A stretch of DNA of 64,000 nt from positions 80,588-144,587 of the forward strand of contig WYBR01000070.1 of assembly GCA_011525805.1 (NCBI GenBank), given 5' to 3'. Source of the DNA: Vicinamibacteraceae bacterium. GTDB taxonomy: Bacteria; Planctomycetota; Phycisphaerae; Phycisphaerales; UBA5793. The notes under the pieces are model-generated. The model saw only the letters and a list, made by a program, of their open reading frames with translations, was not told the origin of the DNA and searched no databases. Shown here one piece after another: positions 62,159 through 64,000 of the stretch (its first letter is position 1; the number at the start of each line of letters is the position of its first letter). Both the position numbers and the translations under genes were made by a program.

Positions 62159-64000
62159 ATGAAGGCGCCCCGTCCCCGCGATCGCCGGAACTTCGTCCTG
62201 GCCCGCGGCCCGGCGCTTCATCCGCGGCCGCGCTTCGAGGCGCTCGAGAAACGGGCGCTGCTCTCCGCCGCTGTTCTCGGCGGCGACCTGCGGCGATTCG
62301 AGTTCCACGACGCCGACGGCGATACGGTTCTCGTACGGCTCATCGGCCGCGGTACGGCCGAACTCACTCTCTCCAATGATGCGGCCGACTTCGCAGACCT
62401 TGAACGCGTCGAGTTGCGCGGCGTAGATGCGGGCACGACACTGCGCATCGACGTACTCCGCGACCACGAGGGAGACGAGGCAACGACCCTCGGCTCGCTC
62501 ACCGCCGATGGGGCGCTCAATCGACTCGATCTGCGCCGCGTCACGCTCATCGGCGCGGGCATCGACGTCAACGGCCCGCTCAATCGACTCGATCTCGCCG
62601 CAGTCCGCGGCGAACTCAGCGATCGCACGGCAATGAGCATCCGCGGCGACCTGGGCCTCGCGCGATTCCTTGGCGACGTCGTCGGGGCCGACGTGGCGAT
62701 CGCCGGCGCCGCCGGCGCCATCATCATCCGCTCGGGCAATCTCGCTTCGAGCGCGATCACCGCCGGCGGAGACCTCGGCCGCTGCATCACGCTTGATCGC
62801 GGCGGCCTGGCCGGTCTCATCCTCGACACCGAACTCGTCATCGGCGGCTCAATCGAAACATGGCGGACGCAGGGACTCTCAAACGTCTCGGGACGGATCG
62901 GCGGCGATCTCGCTCGCCTTGGTGTCACCGGCAACCGCACCGAGACTTTCGGCACAATCGATCGAACGCGCCTTGCCGTCGAAGGTGAACTGACGCACCT
63001 GCGCCTCGGACGCGACGTGCAGGCCGACTCGATCCTCGCGGCAGAGCGCGGCTTCGGACGCATCACCATCAAGGGCGGCGTCCGCGACTCGATGATCCTC
63101 GCGGGCGCGGCCCTCGATGCGGACCTGTCTCTCGACCATGCGACCTTCGCCGTCGCGCCCATCGGCAGCGGTCGCATTGGCGGCGACCTGCTCGACTCCA
63201 TCCTCGCCTCGGGAGGCGATCCCGGCGAAGACGGCCTCTTTCGCAACCACGAGATTCTCGAAGGCGGCTCCATCGGGCGACTGACCATCGGCGGCTACGT
63301 CGCCGGCGTCCACAGCGAGCATCCGAATCCCGGCGTTTACGCGGCGCAGATCGATCGCCTCAGCGTGCGCGGCTGGCGCCTCGACGGCAAGAGCGATGAC
63401 CTGCGCGCGGGGATTCTCGGCACGGCGGTGATCGATCCCCTGCCCGATGCCGCCGCAGCGCTGACCGAACTTGACGTGCGGCAGATTCTCGAACAGATGA
63501 TCGCCCGCGCGACGCAACTGGGCGTGAACGCAACGCTCGCCGTGACCGACCGCGAGGGCAACATCCTTGCCGCCGTGCGCATGACCGACGGCTCACTCGC
63601 GCCCGACCCCGGCACATCGACGATCACCGGCGGGGGCAGCGGCGGACTTGAAGGCGTGACCGTCGCCTCATCCATCACGGCCGTGACGAAAGCGGGCACC
63701 GCCGCGTTTCTCTCGACGACGGGCAATGCGTTCACGACGCGCACGGCCGGTCAGATCATCCAGCCCAACTTCCCGCCGGGCGTGCGCTTCCAGGATTCCG
63801 GGCCGCTCTTCGGCGTGCAGTTCTCCTCGCTGCCCACGAGCGACATCAACCGCCTGCCGCTGGGCTTGTCGGCCGATCCCGGCGGCGTGCCGCTCTACCG
63901 CAACGGGCAACTCCTCGGCGGCGCGGGCGTTGAACTCGACGGCACGTACACGTTTGACCCCAGCCCGATCGGCGGGCGGGCGACGCTCGAAGAGCGCATC
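62159..64000 (+). CDS. Secreted repeat protein with a C-terminal GlcG/DUF336 (haem-binding-like) domain; the 3' end lies outside the window
   Basis: GAGGAGG lies 9 nt upstream of the ATG at 62159. I translated 614 codons to the window edge and saw no stop. The N-terminus MKAPRPRDRRNF...RPRFEALEKRALLSAA has the LExRxLLSA-type motif. The middle has Gly/Leu/Asp-rich repeats (GRIGGDL..., GRLTIGG...). From about aa 455, LTELDVRQILEQMIARATQLGVNATLAVTDREGNILAAVRMTDG...GGVPLYRNGQLLGGAGV matches DUF336. It is absent from the ORF track because it has no stop in the window. Confidence 0.65.
   Translation, partial: MKAPRPRDRRNFVLARGPALHPRPRFEALEKRALLSAAVLGGDLRRFEFHDADGDTVLVRLIGRGTAELTLSNDAADFADLERVELRGVDAGTTLRIDVLRDHEGDEATTLGSLTADGALNRLDLRRVTLIGAGIDVNGPLNRLDLAAVRGELSDRTAMSIRGDLGLARFLGDVVGADVAIAGAAGAIIIRSGNLASSAITAGGDLGRCITLDRGGLAGLILDTELVIGGSIETWRTQGLSNVSGRIGGDLARLGVTGNRTETFGTIDRTRLAVEGELTHLRLGRDVQADSILAAERGFGRITIKGGVRDSMILAGAALDADLSLDHATFAVAPIGSGRIGGDLLDSILASGGDPGEDGLFRNHEILEGGSIGRLTIGGYVAGVHSEHPNPGVYAAQIDRLSVRGWRLDGKSDDLRAGILGTAVIDPLPDAAAALTELDVRQILEQMIARATQLGVNATLAVTDREGNILAAVRMTDGSLAPDPGTSTITGGGSGGLEGVTVASSITAVTKAGTAAFLSTTGNAFTTRTAGQIIQPNFPPGVRFQDSGPLFGVQFSSLPTSDINRLPLGLSADPGGVPLYRNGQLLGGAGVELDGTYTFDPSPIGGRATLEERI

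Noticed and set aside
62218-63288. 356-aa minus-strand ORF, the only long track ORF in the last 2 kb
   Set aside because: It is Pro/Ser/Arg-rich. The plus-strand frame from 62159 has a Shine-Dalgarno, a recognisable N-terminal export-type motif and a DUF336-like domain, and it stays open to the window end.
1-64000. Mobile elements, prophage, tRNA/rRNA genes or defence systems
   Set aside because: I saw no integrase, transposase or recombinase motifs, no long terminal inverted repeats flanking genes, no tRNA-like T-arm sequences that I could recognise, and no restriction, toxin-antitoxin or cas-like proteins. A scan by eye is not exhaustive, so a tRNAscan/Infernal run would be needed to exclude RNA genes.

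Overview
This is a high-GC bacterial chromosomal window. Most 60-nt lines I hand-counted are about 60-78% G+C. Genes are tightly packed, with many 4-nt ATGA or GTGA start/stop overlaps. The gene content and an N-terminal FEALEKRALLSA-type motif in the last gene suggest a Planctomycetota/PVC-like organism; that is low-confidence inference.

Gene order:
- 2-157: 3' end of an M17 aminopeptidase, followed by a small zinc-ribbon membrane protein and an SCO1/SenC-like lipoprotein.
- 1.6-13.4 kb: type IV pilus/T2SS-like block with pilM, pilN, pilO, a PilP/GspB-like gene, pilB, pilT, pilC and three minor-pilin genes. One minor pilin is an 826-aa giant. No secretin or major pilin lies in the window.
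- 13.4-13.6 kb: palindromic repeats.
- 13.6-17.3 kb: a lower-GC stretch with two secreted FG-GAP beta-propeller genes. In the second, a C15/G15 homopolymer puts the start codon and signal peptide out of frame with the mature protein.
- 17.3-19.4 kb: NeuD-type acetyltransferase, a zinc-ribbon membrane protein and mqnA.
- 19.4-35.5 kb: a sigma-70 family protein with a long multi-HTH N-terminal extension, then flgF-flgG-flgA-flgH-flgI, a rod-binding gene, flgN-flgK-flgL-fliW-csrA and two 489-aa flagellins.
- 35.6-50.2 kb: housekeeping genes (epimerase, thioredoxin-fold protein, FAD/Fe-S oxidase, lysA, bpt, der, cysteine desulfurase, dnaE).
- 51.0-62.0 kb: a minus-strand locus with seven methyltransferase-like domains, described below.
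- 62159 to the window end: an open-ended secreted-protein gene that is absent from the ORF track.

Most interesting signals:
- The 51.0-62.0 kb locus holds seven SAM-methyltransferase-like domains, four of them tandem in one 1219-aa protein. It also has one GT4 glycosyltransferase, a methyltransferase with a coiled coil of about 280 aa (WbdD-like ruler architecture), and a Wzt-type ABC ATPase with no Wzm permease.
- The homopolymer frameshift in the second FG-GAP gene.

I found no CRISPR array, tRNA, rRNA, transposase or integrase. All family calls come from motifs read by eye and have not been checked against any database.
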